Origin: Heterodontus francisci
Lineage: Eukaryota
Assembly: GCF_036365525.1 (NCBI RefSeq)
Contig: NC_090406.1
Span: 4,434,103-4,498,102 of the forward strand
Length of the DNA stretch: 64,000 nucleotides
Direction of reading: 5' to 3'
The notes under the pieces are model-generated. The model did no database searches and was not told the DNA's origin. It worked only from the letters and a program-made list of their open reading frames with translations. Position 1 is the stretch's first letter, and each line of letters begins with the position of its first letter. A program made the translations under genes and the position numbers. This document shows, piece after piece, positions 49,220 through 63,600 of the stretch.

Positions 49220-50114
49220 TTTTATCATTATAAACATCACATGTGTCTTGCATTTTTAAGGGTGGCTTTTTTTTTGCATTTTCTCCAGTGGGCACGTTGC
49301 AACTGAGTCTCAGAGGCGAGAAAGTCTCAGGTTTGATTCCTGGACCATGTTGGGTGAGCTGATTTCTGATGCGCAGTGGTAGAGAGACTGGACAATTAGA
49401 CACCCAATTCTAAATATGGCCCAACCTATTCCTGAAACTTGCTTATCCCTGCAGAACAGTAAAACATTCACTGGTTATTGAACCTTAGGGACAACACAGA
49501 TGAGATGAATCCCGCCGAGAGGGGTGGGGGTGGAGGGCAGTGATGGTGGCGTAGAGGTAATGTCACTATTCTAATCATCCAGAGGTCCAGGCTAATGTCC
49601 GGGGGACGCAGGTTCAAATCACCCCACAACAGCTGCTTTTTTTAAGGCGGAGGTAGATAGATTCTTGTTAGGGAAGGGAATCAAAGGTTATCGGGGTAGA
49701 TGGGAGTGAGGAATTCGAGACACACATAGATCAGCCATGATCTTATTGAATGGCAGAGCAGGCTAGAGGGCCGAATGGCCTACTTCCGCTCCTAATTCGT
49801 ATGGTCGTAATATAAGAAACAGGCAGGAGTAGACCATTCGGCCCCTCAGGCCTGATTCGCCGTTCAATGTGATCATTGGTGGCTTTCTACATCAATTCTA
49901 CTTTCCCCATATCCCTTGACTCCCTGAGACCGAATATCTGTCTATCTCAGTTTTGAATTTATTCAGCGAAGGAGCAACCCTAACCCTCTGGGGTAGAGAA
50001 TGCCGAGGATTCACAACCCTCTGAATGAAGGAATTCGAGCATAGCCACCCGACCCGAACCCTACGACGTGTCGGGTCGGGGCGCTCTTCCGGGTTCAGGA
50101 GAGCGGGGCGGGGC

Positions 50115-53100
50115 TGGGGTGTTCCCGGGTGTTGTGTTCCCGGGGGAGGGGGTTGTGTTTCTGGGTGCTGTGTTACCGGGGCATAGGGTGTGTTCCCGGG
50201 GGCGGCGGTGTATTCCCAGGTGTTGTGTTTCTGGGGGGAGGGGGGGTGTTCCCGGGTGTTGTGTTCCCGGGGCATGGGGTGTGTTCCCGGGGGAGGGGGT
50301 GTGTTACCGGGTGTTGTGTTTCTGGGGGAAGGGGTGTGTTCCCGGGGGAGGCGGGGGGGGGGGGGGGGTGGGATGTTCCCGGGTGTTGTGTTCCCGGGGC
50401 ATGGGGTGTGTTCCCGGGGGAGGGGGTGTGTTCCCGGGTGTTGTGTTTCTGGGGGCATGGGGTGTGTTCCCGGGGCATGGGGTGTGTTCCCGGGGGAGGG
50501 GGTGTGTTCCCGGGTGTTGTGTTTCTGGGGGAAGGGGTGTGTTCCCGGGTGTTGTGTTCGCGGGGGGGGGATGTTCCCGGGTGTTGTGTTTCTGGGGGAA
50601 GGGGTGTGTTCCCGGGGGAGGGGGTGTGTTCCCGGGTGTTGTGTTCCCGGGGCATGGGGTGTGTTCCCGGGGGAGGGGGTGTGTTCCCGGGTGTTGTGTT
50701 TCTGGGGGAAGGGGTGTGTTCCCGGGGGAGGGGGTGTGTTCCCGGGGCATGGGGTGTGTTCCCGGGGGAGGGGGTGTGTTCCCGGGTGTTGTGTTTCTGG
50801 GGGAAGGGGTGTGTTCCCGGGTGTTGTGTTCGCGGGGGGGGGATGTTCCCGGGTGTTGTGTTTATGGGGGAAGGGGTGTGTTCCCGGGGGAGGGGGTGTG
50901 TTCCCGGGTGTTGTGTTCCCGGGGAATGGGGTGTGTTCCCGGGGGAGGGGGTGTGTTCCCGGGTGTTGTGTTTCTGGGGGAAGGGGTGTGTTCCCAGGGG
51001 GAGGGGTGTGTTCGCGGGGGGGGGGGATGTTCCCGGGTGTTGTGTTTCTGGGGGAAGGGGTGTGTTCCCGGGGGAGGGGGTGTGTTCCCGGGTGTTGTGT
51101 TCCCGGGGGAGGGGGTGTGTTCCCGGGGCATGGGGTGTGTTCCCGGGGGAGGGGGTGTGTTCCCGGGTGTTGTGTTTCTGGGGGAAGGGGTGTGTTCCCG
51201 GGTGTTGTGTTCGCGGGGGGGGGGATGTTCCTGGGTGTTGTGTTTATGGGGGAAGGGGTGTGTTCCCGGGGGAGGGGGTGTGTTCCCGGGTGTTGTGTTT
51301 CTGGGGGAAGGGGTGTGTTCCCAGGGGGAGGGGTGTGTTCGCGGGGGGGGGGATGTTCCCGGGTGTTGTGTTTCTGGGGGAAGGGGTGTGTTCCCGGGGG
51401 AGGGGGTGTGTTCCCGGGTGTTGTGTTTCTGGGGGAAGGGGTGTGTTCCCAGGGGGAGGGGTGTGTTCGCAGGGGGGGGGGATGTTCCCGGGTGTTGTGT
51501 TTCTGGGGGAAGGGGTGTGTTCCCGGGGGAGGGGGTGTGTTCCCGGGTGTTGTGTTCCCGGGGGAGGGTGTTCCCGGATGTTGTGTTCCCGGGGCATAGG
51601 GTGTGTTCCCAGGCGAGGGGGGTGTGTTCCCGGGTGTTGGGGTGTGTTCCCGGGTGTTGTGTTTCTGGGGGAAGGGGTGTGTTCCCGGGTGTTGTGTTCG
51701 CGGGGGGGGGGGGATGTTCCCGGGTGTTGTGTTTCTGGGGGAAGGGGTGTGTTCCCGGGGGAGGGGGTGTGTTCCCGGGTGTTGTGTTCCCGGGGCATGG
51801 GGTGTGTTCCCGGGGGAGGGGGTGTGTTCCCGGGTGTTGTGTTCCCGGGGCATGGGGTGTGTTCCCGGGGGAGGGGGTGTGTTCCCGGGTGTTGTGTTTC
51901 TGGGGGAAGGGGTGTGTTCCCAGGGGGAGGGGTGTGTTCCCGGGGGAGGGGGTGTGTTCCCGGGTGTTGTGTTCCCGGGGGAGGGGGTGTGTTCCCGGGT
52001 GTTGTGTTTCTGGGGGAAGGGGTGTGTTCCCGGGAGAGGGGGTGTGTTCCCGGGTGTTGTGTTCCCGGGGGAGGGGGTGTGTTCCCGGGTGTTGTGTTTC
52101 TGGGGGAAGGGGTGTGTTCCCGGGAGAGGGGGTGTGTTCCCGGGTGTTGTGTTTCCGGGGCATAGGGTGTGTTCCCGGGGGAGGGGGTGTGTTCCCGGGT
52201 GTTGTGTTTCTGGGGGAAGGGGTGTGTTCCCGGGGGAGGGGGTGTGTTCCCGGGTGTTGTGTTCCCGGGGGAGGGTGTTCCCGGATGTTGTGTTCCCGGG
52301 GCATAGGGTGTGTTCCCAGGCGAGGGGGGTGTGTTCCCGGGTGTTGGGGTGTGTTCCCGGGTGTTGTGTTTCTGGGGGAAGGGGTGTGTTCCCGGGTGTT
52401 GTGTTCGCGGGGGGGGGGGATGTTCCCGGGTGTTGTGTTTCTGGGGGAAGGGGTGTGTTCCCGGGGGAGGGGGTGTGTTCCCGGGTGTTGTGTTCCCGGG
52501 GCATGGGGTGTGTTCCCGGGGGAGGGGGTGTGTTCCCGGGTGTTGTGTTCCCGGGGCATGGGGTGTGTTCCCGGGGGAGGGGGTGTGTTCCCGGGTGTTG
52601 TGTTTCTGGGGGAAGGGGTGTGTTCCCAGGGGGAGGGGTGTGTTCCCGGGGGAGGGGGTGTGTTCCCGGGTGTTGTGTTCCCGGGGGAGGGGGTGTGTTC
52701 CCGGGTGTTGTGTTTCTGGGGGAAGGGGTGTGTTCCCGGGAGAGGGGGTGTGTTCCCGGGTGTTGTGTTCCCGGGGGAGGGGGTGTGTTCCCGGGTGTTG
52801 TGTTTCTGGGGGAAGGGGTGTGTTCCCGGGAGAGGGGGTGTGTTCCCGGGTGTTGTGTTTCCGGGGCATAGGGTGTGTTCCCGGGGGAGGGGGTGTGTTC
52901 CCGGGTGTTGTGTTTCTGGGGGAAGGGGTGTGTTCCCAGGGGGAGGGGTGTGTTCGCGGGGGGGGGGGATGTTCCCGGGTGTTGTGTTTCTGGGGGAAGG
53001 GGTGTGTTCCCGGGGGAGGGGGTGTGTTCCCGGGTGTTGTGTTCCCGGGGGAGGGGGTGTGTTCCCAGGCGAGGGGGTGTGTTCCCGGGTGTTGTGTTCC

Positions 53101-53272
53101 CGGGGGAGGGGGTGTGTTCCCGGGTGTTGTGTTCCCGGGGGAGGGGGGGGAGGGGTGTTCCCGGATGTTGTGTTCCCGGGGCATAGGGTGTGTTCCCAGG
53201 CGAGGGGGGTGTGTTCCCGGGTGTTGTGTTCCCGGGGGAAGGGGGGTGTGTTCCTGGGTGTTGTGTTGTTCT
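50115..53272. repeat. 3.15-kb complex G-rich minisatellite (GTGTTCCCGGG plus variable G-rich linkers; 16-20 bp subunits)
   Basis: Read directly; higher-order duplication of ~707 bp (51603 vs 52310). Confidence 0.95.
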
Positions 53273-53418
53273 GGGTTGCTGTTTCTCTCTAGCTGTAAAT
53301 CCTTGACCTTTGTTTCCTCTCATTCGGAGCCTTTGTCAAACCAACAGCGACTGGAATCCGAGCCGAGCCGAGCCCGCAACAGCCCCGGGACCGGAGCCAC
53401 CTCTCAGAAGCGGCCAGG

Positions 53419-53510
53419 ATGCGGGCGGCCGCCGGAGCCGCGGGATTCCTCCTGTCTCTGACCGCCATCCCCATCTCATACCTGCTGAACAGGTTGTCGG
53501 CTATGGACAG
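53419..53510 (+). CDS. TM6SF2: TM6SF2 exon 1 (MRAAAGAAGFLLSLTAIPISYLLNRLSAMD)
   Basis: LSLxA(I/L)PxxY N-terminal motif of TM6SF1/2; AG|gtgaga donor; CpG-rich 5' region; assigned to TM6SF2 by synteny downstream of SUGP1 on the same strand. Confidence 0.8.
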
Positions 53511-53646
53511 GTGAGAGAAAGGGGAGCCTGAGTGTGTGGGATCTGAGTCAGTCTGTGTGTGCAAAGCTTTGATTCAGGTTGGTTACTGTGTCACACTGGG
53601 GTACAGAAATGGTGAGTACAGGTCTCACTCTGCATAGCACAAAGAT

Positions 53647-54638
53647 GGGGACCCCCTACCCCAGTGAGAGTCAGTACCTTCAGCAGAGGAGGGGACCTGT
53701 ACCCCAGTGAGAGTCAGCTTCTTCAGCAGAGGAGGGGACCCGTACCCCAGTGAGTGTCAGCACCTTCAGCAGAGGAGGGGACCCGTACCCCAGTGAGTGT
53801 CAGTACCTTCAGCAGAGGAGGGGACCCGTACCCCAGTGAGTGTCAGCACCTTCAGCAGAGGAGGGGACCCGTACCCCAGTGAGAGTCAGTACCTTCAGGA
53901 GAGGAGGGGACACGTTCCCCAGTGAGTGTCAGTACCTTCAGGAGAGGAGGGGACCCGTACCCCAGTGAGAGTCAGCACCTTCAGCAGAGGAGGGGACCCG
54001 TACCCCAGTGAGAGTCAGTACCTTCAGGAGAGGAGGGGACACGTTCCCCAGTGAGAGTCAGCACCTTCAGCAGAGGAGGGGACCCGTACCCCAGTGAGAG
54101 TCAGTACCTTCAGGAGAGGAGGGGACACGTTCCCCAGTGAGTGTCAGTACCTTCAGGAGAGGAGGGGACCCGTACCCCAGTGAGAGTCAGTACCTTCAGG
54201 AGAGGAGGGGACACGTTCCCCAGTGAGTGTCAGTACCTTCAGGAGAGGAGGGGACCCGTACCCCAGTGAGTCAGTACCTTCAGGAGAGGAGGGCCCCGTA
54301 CCCCAGTGAGAGTCAGCACCTTCAGGAGAGGAGGGGACCCGTACCCCAGTGAGAGTCAGTACCTTCAGGAGAGGAGGGGACCCGTACCCCAGTGAGAGTC
54401 AGCACCTTCAGGAGAGGAGGGGACCAGTACCCCAGTGAGAGTCAGCACCTTCAGGAGAGGAGGGGACCCGTACCCCAGTGAGAGTCAATACCTTCAGGAG
54501 AGGAGGGGACCCGTACCCCAGTGAGAGTCAGCACCTTCAGGAGAGGAGGGGACCCGTACCCCAGTGATCGTCAGCACCTTCAGGAGAGGAGGGGACCCGT
54601 ACCCCAGTGAGAGTCAGCACCTTCAGGAGAGGAGGGGA
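53647..54638. repeat. 43-bp minisatellite (GGGGACCCGTACCCCAGTGAGAGTCAGCACCTTCAGGAGAGGA), ~23 units, TM6SF2 intron 1
   Basis: Read directly. Confidence 0.95.
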
Positions 54639-55879
54639 GAAGAAAACAATAGGCAAATATGTAAAAGCCCTTTTGTGCCAAGCAGTCTAGCAAGTTTCGG
54701 AGGTCAGAGATGGTTGCATGCATGTCAGAGTGTGTTGGTGTAGGTGAGGCAGCTGCAGGTTCAACAGGGCAGCCAGTGTTTCATATTCGTAGTGCATCTT
54801 AACAGATTTCAGAGTTGCAACATTACAAGAAAATGTTCTTCAAATTCAGACAAAAGACCGAGCAGATTCCACAGAGCAGTTGGTCAGAGAAAGGCAAGAG
54901 GTTTATATTGTAGAACCATAGAAACGTTATGGCACAGAAAGAGACCATTCAGCCCTTCATGTGTGCACCGGATTGTGTGGGAAGTTAAGAGTTGGGGGGT
55001 GGGGAGTCCTTTCTCCAACATTCTCTCACATGGCCAGATCCATTTATCAGCAGGTTCTGCAATGTCACACTCGATCCTTGCACTCTGATATCAGTCTTGA
55101 CTTTAAACCTTGAGCTCAGCGTTGGAGTTTCTCTGTTGAGCACAGTTAGATGTTTATGTCTGTGGATTAACCCCAGGCTGTAGTAAAACTGCTTGCTAGG
55201 GGATTATTACAGCCTGGAGCTAATGTCTGAGATTTTTAATCTATTTTTGTTGGTCATCTGACGCCACAGTTAGAAATGTGTCCACAAACTCTTGAAAGGT
55301 GCAAATGTGAATCTAAATCACTGATCCTGGGCTCCCTGCATTTTTGTCTTTTGCCAATTACTGCGGCCATCTCGATTCTTATTACCATAGATTTAAATTT
55401 TAATTTACAACTGTAAAGGCCATTTGTCCCCACTAGCCCATGCTGGTGTTTATGCTCCACACGAGCCTCTTCCGACCCCTCCTCATCTCACCCCTTCAGC
55501 ATAACCTTCTATTCCTTTCTCCCTCGTGTCTTTATCTAGCTTCCCCTTAAATGCATCTATACTATTCACCTCAACCACTCCCTGTGATAGCGAGTTCCAC
55601 ATTCTGGGTAAAGAAATTGCTCCTGAATTCCTTATTGGATTTATTCTTGACTATCTTGTATTTATGATCTCTCATTCTGGTCCTGCCCACAATTGGAAAT
55701 ATCTTCTCTAGGTCTACCCTCTCAAACCCTTTTATAATTTTAAAGACCTCTATCAGGTCAACCCTCAGCCTTCTCTTTTCTGGAGAAAAGAGCCTCAGCC
55801 TGTCTAGCCTTTCTTGATAGTTAATGTCTCCTTCATCGGAGCTCCTGTGACTAATTCTTTTCTCTTTTTCCTTTCAAAG

Positions 55880-55983
55880 TCCTGAGCTGGTGTTTGTTGT
55901 TGGTGCTGGTGTTTTGCTTGGCCTATTGCTGGTGCTGTACCTGCTCTTCATAGGAAAACCCCCCAAGGACCCCCTGTTTTATG
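55880..55983 (+). CDS. TM6SF2: TM6SF2 exon 2 (TM helix + KPPKDPLFY)
   Basis: ctttcaaag| acceptor, G|gtaagt donor, 104 nt; DPLFY family motif. Confidence 0.85.
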
Positions 55984-56991
55984 GTAAGTGATAGGTACTG
56001 TCAACTCGATTGCCCAGCCATAGGGCTGAGGGTCATCAGGATTGAGAATCCATCCAATTGCACAGGGTGGTGGGGGTCTCTCAGTCATGCTGATGTCTGA
56101 AGGAGTATCACCAGCTGCACTTCTGCTCAAACTTGAACTGGACATAAAAACAAAAAGTGCTGGAAATACTCAGCAGGTCTGGCAGCATCTGTGGAGAGAG
56201 AAGCAGAGTTAACCTTTCAGGTCAAATACATAACGTTTCAAATACATGAATAGGATGGGAATAGAAGGATACAGTCCCCGGAAGTGCAGAAGGTTTTAGT
56301 TTAGACAGGCATCAAGATCGGTGCAGGCTTGGAGGGCCGAATGGCCTGTTCCTGTGCTGTTCTGTTCTTTGTTCTTGTCAGTGACCTTTCACCAGAACTG
56401 GCAAAGGTTAGAAAAGAATTAGGTTTTAAGCAAGTGAAGCGGGTGGGGTGGGGAAGAGAACAAAAGGGAAGGTGTGTGATAGGGCAGAGGGCAAGAGAGA
56501 TTAAATAACAAAGCTGTCCTGGGACAAAGGCAAAGAGTGTGTTAATGCGTGTGGTGAAAGACAACGCATTAGTCCAGAGAGAGTGTTAATACTGGAAGAA
56601 CTGAATCTGAGTCAACTGCTTATCTGCAAAATTAAATTAATGAGCTCTAGTGAGTGGCCATAAACAATGAATGGTGTTGATGTAAACTGTGATCACTGAA
56701 CCAGGGGACAGGGAAAAATAAGTGACTAACCACCAATAAGAATTGTCTTACTTGCATCAACTAATAGAGGGATCAGCCAATGCCGTGCCCACCAATGTCA
56801 TGTTGATGGGGGTGAGGAGGGTGGGGGGGGGGGGTGGGTGGGGGTGAACGGGGTTGGTGGGGAGGTGGGTGGTAGTGTGACAGAAGAGAGATGTGTCAGT
56901 AGGGGGGGGGATAACATGTGAGTGGCGTGACAGGGAAGCAGAGTGGAGGGGGTGCAGCGGGACTGAGCAACATGAGGGGGAAACGGTGTGA

Positions 56992-57135
<144 letters not shown>

Positions 57136-57613
57136 TAAATGCTCTGTTACTGACGGTTGGGCAGAATTTCCGTCGTGTTTTCCTGCTGGTATGCAGTCAT
57201 TTCTCTGGCTGTCCTGCTAATCTCTGATGAACCACTTGTATAATTCAAACCTTTCCTCTACTCTCGAGGTATGACCCCATAATCCAGTTTAACGCTCCAT
57301 TGCAGGAGTGTTGTCGGCACTATCTTTCAGGTGAGATGTTAGGCCGAGGTCCCTTCTGCTGTCTCGTGGACATGAAAGATTCCATGGCCACTATTTCAAA
57401 TGAGCAGGGGAGTTCTCAGCAAATAGTTATTCCTCAACCAACATCATTGAAACAGATAATCTAGTCATTGCTGTTTATGGGATCTTGCTGTGTACAAATT
57501 GCCTGCTGTGTTTCCTACCTGACAACAGTGACTACACTTGAAAAAAGCACTTCATGAGGTGTAAACTTCTACGAGACATCCCGAGGATGTGAGAGACGCT
57601 ATAGAAATGCAAA

Positions 57614-60600
57614 TTCACGGTGGGGTTGGATGGATGGTGTTCAGGGTGTGGACGGACGATGGTGTTCAGGGTGGGGACGGACGGACGGTGTTCAGGGTGG
57701 GGACGGACGATGGTGTTCAGGGTGGGGACGGACGGACGGTGTTCAGGGTGTGGACGGACGGACGGTGTTCAGGGTGGGGACGGACAGACGGTGTTCAGGG
57801 TGTGGACGGACGGACGGTGTTCAGGGTGGGGACGGACGGACGGTGTTCAGGGTGTGGACGGACGGACGGTGTTCAGGGTGGGGACGGACGGACGGTGTTC
57901 AGGGTGGGGACGGACGGACGGTGTTCAGGGTGTGGACGGACGGAACGTGTTCAGGGTGGGGACGGACGGATGGTGTTCAGGGTGGGGACGGACGACGGTG
58001 TTCAGGGTGGGGACGGACGGACGGTGTTCAGGGTGTGGACGGACGGAATGTGTTCAGGGTGGGGACGGACGGAACGTGTTCAGGGTGGGGACGGACGGAA
58101 CGTGTTCAGGGTGGGGACGGACGGACGGTGTTCAGGGTGGGGACGGACGATGGTGTTCAGGGTGGGGACGGACGGAATGTGTTCAGGGTGGGGACGGACG
58201 GAACGTGTTCAGGGTGGGGACGGACGACGGTGTTCAGGGTGTGGACGGACGGATAGTGTTCAGGGTGGGGACGGACGGACAGTGTTCAGGGTGGGGACGG
58301 ACGGATAGTGTTCAGGGTGGGGACGGACGGACAGTGTTCAGGGTGGGGACGGACGGATGGTGTTCAGGGTGGGGACGGACGGACAGTGTTCAGGGTGGGG
58401 ACGGACGGACGGTGTTCAGGGTGTGGACGGACGGAACGTGTTCAGGGTGGGGACGGACAGTGTTCAGGGTGGGGACGGACGGACGGTGTTCAGGGTGTGG
58501 ACGGACGGAATGTGTTCAGGGTGGGGACGGACGGACAGTGTTCAGGGTGGGGACGGACGACGGTGTTCAGGGTGTGGACGGACGGAATGTGTTCAGGGTG
58601 GGGACGGACGGACAGTGTTCAGGGTGGGGACGGACGGACGGTGTTCAGGGTGTGGACGGACGGAACGTGTTCAGGGTGGGGACGGACGGACGGTGTTCAG
58701 GGTGGGGACGGACGATGGTGTTCAGGGTGTGGACGGACGGAACGTGTTCAGGGTGGGGACGGACGGACGGTGTTCAGGGTGGGGACGGACGATGGTGTTC
58801 AGGGTGTGGACGGATGGAACGTGTTCAGGGTGTGGACGGACGGACGGTGTTCAGGGTGGGGACGGACGATGGTGTTCAGGGTGTGGACGGACGGAACGTG
58901 TTCAGGGTGGGGACGGACGATGGTGTTCAGGGTGTGGACGGACGGAACGTGTTCAGGGTGGGGACGGACGGAACGTGTTCAGGGTGGGGACGGACGGAAC
59001 GTGTTCAGGGTGGGGACGGACGATGGTGTTCAGGGTGTGGACGGACGGAACGTGTTCAGGGTGGGGACGGACGGAACGTGTTCAGGGTGGGGACGGACGA
59101 CGGTGTTCAGGGTGGAGACGGACGGAACGTGTTCAGGGTGGGGACGGACGGAACGTGTTCAGGGTGGGGACGGACGGAACGTGTTCAGGGTGGGGACGGA
59201 CGACGGTGTTCAGGGTGTGGACGGACGGAACGTGTTCAGGGTGGGGACGGACGGACGGTGTTCACGGTGGGGACGGACGGACGGTGTTCACGGTGGGGAC
59301 GGACGGATGGTGTTCAGGGTGGGGACGGACGGAATGTGTTCAGGGTGGGGACGGACGGATAGTGTTCAGGGTGTGGACGGACGGACGGTGTTCAGGGTGG
59401 GGACGGACGGATGGTGTTCAGGGTGGGGACAGACGGAATGTGTTCAGGGTGTGGACGGACGGACGGTGTTCAGGGTGGGGACGGACGGATAGTGTTCAGG
59501 GTGTGGACGGACGGATAGTGTTCAGGGTGGGGACGGACGGATGGTGTTCAGGGTGGGGACGGACGGATGGTGTTCAGGGTGGGGACAGACGGAATGTGTT
59601 CAGGGTGTGGACGGACGGACGGTGTTCAGGGTGGGGACGGACGGATGGTGTTCACGGTGGGGACGGACGGATGGTGTTCAGGGTGGGGACGGACGGATGG
59701 TGTTCAGGGTGGGGACGGACGGATAGTGTTCAGGGTGGGGACGGACGGATAGTGTTCAGGGTGGGGACGGACGGATAGTGTTCAGGGTGGGGACGGACGG
59801 AACGTGTTCAGGGTGGGGACGGACGGTGTTCAGGGTGGGGACGGACGGACGGTGTTCAGGGTGGGGACGGACGGATAGTGTTCAGGGTGGGGACGGACGG
59901 ATAGTGTTCAGGGTGGGGACGGACGGAACGTGTTCAGGGTGGGGACGGACGGTGTTCAGGGTGGGGACGGACGGACGGTGTTCAGGGTGGGGACGGACGG
60001 TGTTCAGGGTGGGGACGGACGGTGTTCAGGGTGGGGACGGACGGTGTTCAGGGTGGGGACGGACGGACGGTGTTCAGGGTGTGGACGGACGGACGGTGTT
60101 CAGGGTGGGGACGGACGGTGTTCAGGGTGGGGACGGACGGTGTTCAGGGTGGGGACGGACGGTGTTCAGGGTGGGGACGGACGGACGGTGTTCAGGGTGG
60201 GGACGGACGGAATGTGTTCAGGGTGGGGACGGACGGTGTTCAGGGTGGGGACGGACGGATAGTGTTCAGGGTGGGGACGGACGGACGGTGTTCAGGGTGG
60301 GGACGGACGGAATGTGTTCAGGGTGGGGACGGACGGACGGTGTTCAGGGTGGGGACGGACGGACGGTGTTCAGGGTGGGGACGGACGGACGGTGTTCACG
60401 GTGGGGACGGACGGACGGTGTTCAGGGTGGGGACGGACGGAATGTGTTCAGGGTGGGGACGGACGGATAGTGTTCAGGGTGTGGACGGACGGACGGTGTT
60501 CAGGGTGGGGACAGACGGAATGTGTTCAGGGTGTGGACGGACGGACGGTGTTCAGGGTGGGGACGGACGGATGGTGTTCAGGGTGGGGACGGACGGATAG

Positions 60601-63600
60601 TGTTCAGGGTGTGGACGGACGGATAGTGTTCAGGGTGGGGACGGACGGATGGTGTTCAGGGTGGGGACGGACGGATAGTGTTCAGGGTGTGGACGGACGG
60701 ACGGTGTTCACGGTGGGGACGGACGGACGGTGTTCAGGGTGGGGACGGACGGATAGTGTTCAGGGTGTGGACGGACGGACGGTGTTCAGGGTGGGGACGG
60801 ACGGATAGTGTTCAGGGTGTGGACGAACGGACCGTGTTCAGGGTGTGGACGGACGGACGGTGTTCAGGGTGGGGACGGACGGGTGGTGTTCAGGGTGTGG
60901 ACGGACGGAACGTGTTCAGGGTGGAGACGGACGGATGGTGTTCAGGGTGTGGACGGACGGAACGTGTTCAGGGTGGGGACGGACGGGTGGTGTTCAGGGT
61001 GTGGACGGACGGAACGTGTTCAGGGTGGAGACGGACGGATGGTGTTCAGGGTGGGGACGGACGGATGGTGTTCAGGGTGGGGACGGACGGGTGGTGTTCA
61101 GGGTGGGGACGGACGGGTGGTGTTCAGGGTGTGGACGGACGGACCGTGTTCAGGGTGTGGACGGACGGACAGTGTTCAGGGTGTGGACGGACGGACAGTG
61201 TTCAGGGTGGGGACGGACGGAACGTGTTCAGGGTGGAGACGGACGGATGGTGTTCAGGGTGTGGACGGACGGAACGTGTTCAGGGTGGGGACGGACGGGT
61301 GGTGTTCAGGGTGTGGACGGACGGAACGTGTTCAGGGTGGAGACGGACGGAACGTGTTCAGGGTGGAGACGGACGGATGGTGTTCAGGGTGGGGACGGAC
61401 GGGTGGTGTTCAGGGTGGGGACGGACGGGTGGTGTTCAGGGTGTGGACGGACGGAACGTGTTCAGGGTGTGGACGGACGGACAGTGTTCAGGGTGTGGAC
61501 GGACGGACCGTGTTCAGGGTGTGGACGGACGGACAGTGTTCAGGGTGTGGACGGACGGACCGTGTTCAGGGTGTGGACGGACGGACCGTGTTGAGGGTGG
61601 GGACAGACGGATAGTGTTCAGGGTGTGGACGGACGGAACGTGTTCAGGGTGGGGACGGACGGGTGGTGTTCAGGGTGTGGACGGACGGAACGTGTTCAGG
61701 GTGGAGACGGACGGAACGTGTTCAGGGTGGAGACGGACGGATGGTGTTCAGGGTGGGGACGGACGGGTGGTGTTCAGGGTGGGGACGGACGGGTGGTGTT
61801 CAGGGTGTGGACGGACGGAACGTGTTCAGGGTGTGGACGGACGGACAGTGTTCAGGGTGTGGACGGACGGACCGTGTTCAGGGTGTGGACGGACGGACAG
61901 TGTTCAGGGTGTGGACGGACGGACCGTGTTCAGGGTGTGGACGGACGGACCGTGTTGAGGGTGGGGACAGACGGATAGTGTTCAGGGTGGGGACGGACGG
62001 ATGGTGTTCAGGGTGTGGACGGACGGATGGTGTTCAGGGTGTGGACGGACGGATGGTGTTCAGGGTGTGGACGGACGGATAGTGTTCAGGGTGTGGACGG
62101 ACGGAACGTGTTCAGGGTGGAGACGGACGGATGGTGTTCAGGGTGTGGACGGACGGATAGTGTTCAGGGTGGGGACGGACGGATGGTGTTCAGGGTGGAG
62201 ACGGACGGATGGTGTTCAGGGTGGGGACGGACGGATAGTGTTCAGGGTGTGGACGGACGGAACGTGTTCAGGGTGGGGACGGACGGATGGTGTTCAGGGT
62301 GTGGACGGACGGATAGTGTTCAGGGTGTGGACGGACGGAACGTGTTCAGGGTGGAGACGGACGGATGGTGTTCAGGGGTGTGGACGGACGGAACGTGTTC
62401 AGGGTGGGGACGGACGGATAGTGTTCAGGGTGTGGACGGACGGAACGTGTTCAGGGTGGAGACGGACGGATGGTGTTCAGGGTGTGGACGGACGGAACGT
62501 GTTCAGGGTGGAGACGGACGGATGGTGTTCAGGGTGTGGACGGACGGATAGTGTTCAGGGTGTGGACGGACGGAACGTGTTCAGGGTGGGGACGGACGGA
62601 TAGTGTTCAGGGTGTGGACGGACGGAACGTGTTCAGGGGGGAGACGGACGGATGGTGTTCAGGGTGTGGACGGACGGAACGTGTTCAGGGTGGAGACGGA
62701 CGGATGGTGTTCAGGGTGTGGACGGACGGATAGTGTTCAGGGTGGAGACGGACGGATGGTGTTCAGGGTGTGGACGGACGGATAGTGTTCAGGGTGTGGA
62801 CGGACGGAACGTGTTCAGGGTGGGGACGGACGGATAGTGTTCAGGGTGTGGACGGACGGAACGTGTTCAGGGTGGAGACGGACGGATGGTGTTCAGGGTG
62901 TGGACGGACGGAACGTGTTCAGGGTGGAGACGGACGGATGGTGTTCAGGGTGTGGACGGACGGATAGTGTTCAGGGTGGAGACGGACGGATGGTGTTCAG
63001 GGTGTGGACGGACGGAACGTGTTCAGGGTGGAGACGGACGGATGGTGTTCAGGGTGTGGACGGACGGAACGTGTTCAGGGTGGGGACGGACGGATGGTGT
63101 TCAGGGTGGGGACGGACGGAATGTGTTCAGGGTGGGGACGGACGGATAGTGTTCAGGGTGTGGACGGACGGACGGTGTTCAGGGTGGGGACGGACGGATG
63201 GTGTTCAGGGTGGGGACAGACGGAATGTGTTCAGGGTGTGGACGGACGGACGGTGTTCAGGGTGGGGACGGACGGACGGTGTTCAGGGTGTGGACGGACG
63301 GATAGTGTTCAGGGTGGGGACGGACGGATGGTGTTCAGGGTGGGGACGGACGGATGGTGTTCAGGGTGGGGACAGACGGAATGTGTTCAGGGTGTGGACG
63401 GACGGACGGTGTTCAGGGTGGGGACGGACGGACGGTGTTCACGGTGGGGACGGACGGATGGTGTTCAGGGTGGGGACGGACGGATAGTGTTCAGGGTGGG
63501 GACGGACGGATAGTGTTCAGGGTGGGGACGGACGGATAGTGTTCAGGGTGGGGACGGACGGACGGTGTTCAGGGTGGGGACGGACGGACGGTGTTCAGGG

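Noticed and set aside
49898-53461. Very long ORFs (up to 1141 aa) on both strands
   Set aside because: Stop-free translation of a low-complexity minisatellite, open in nearly all frames
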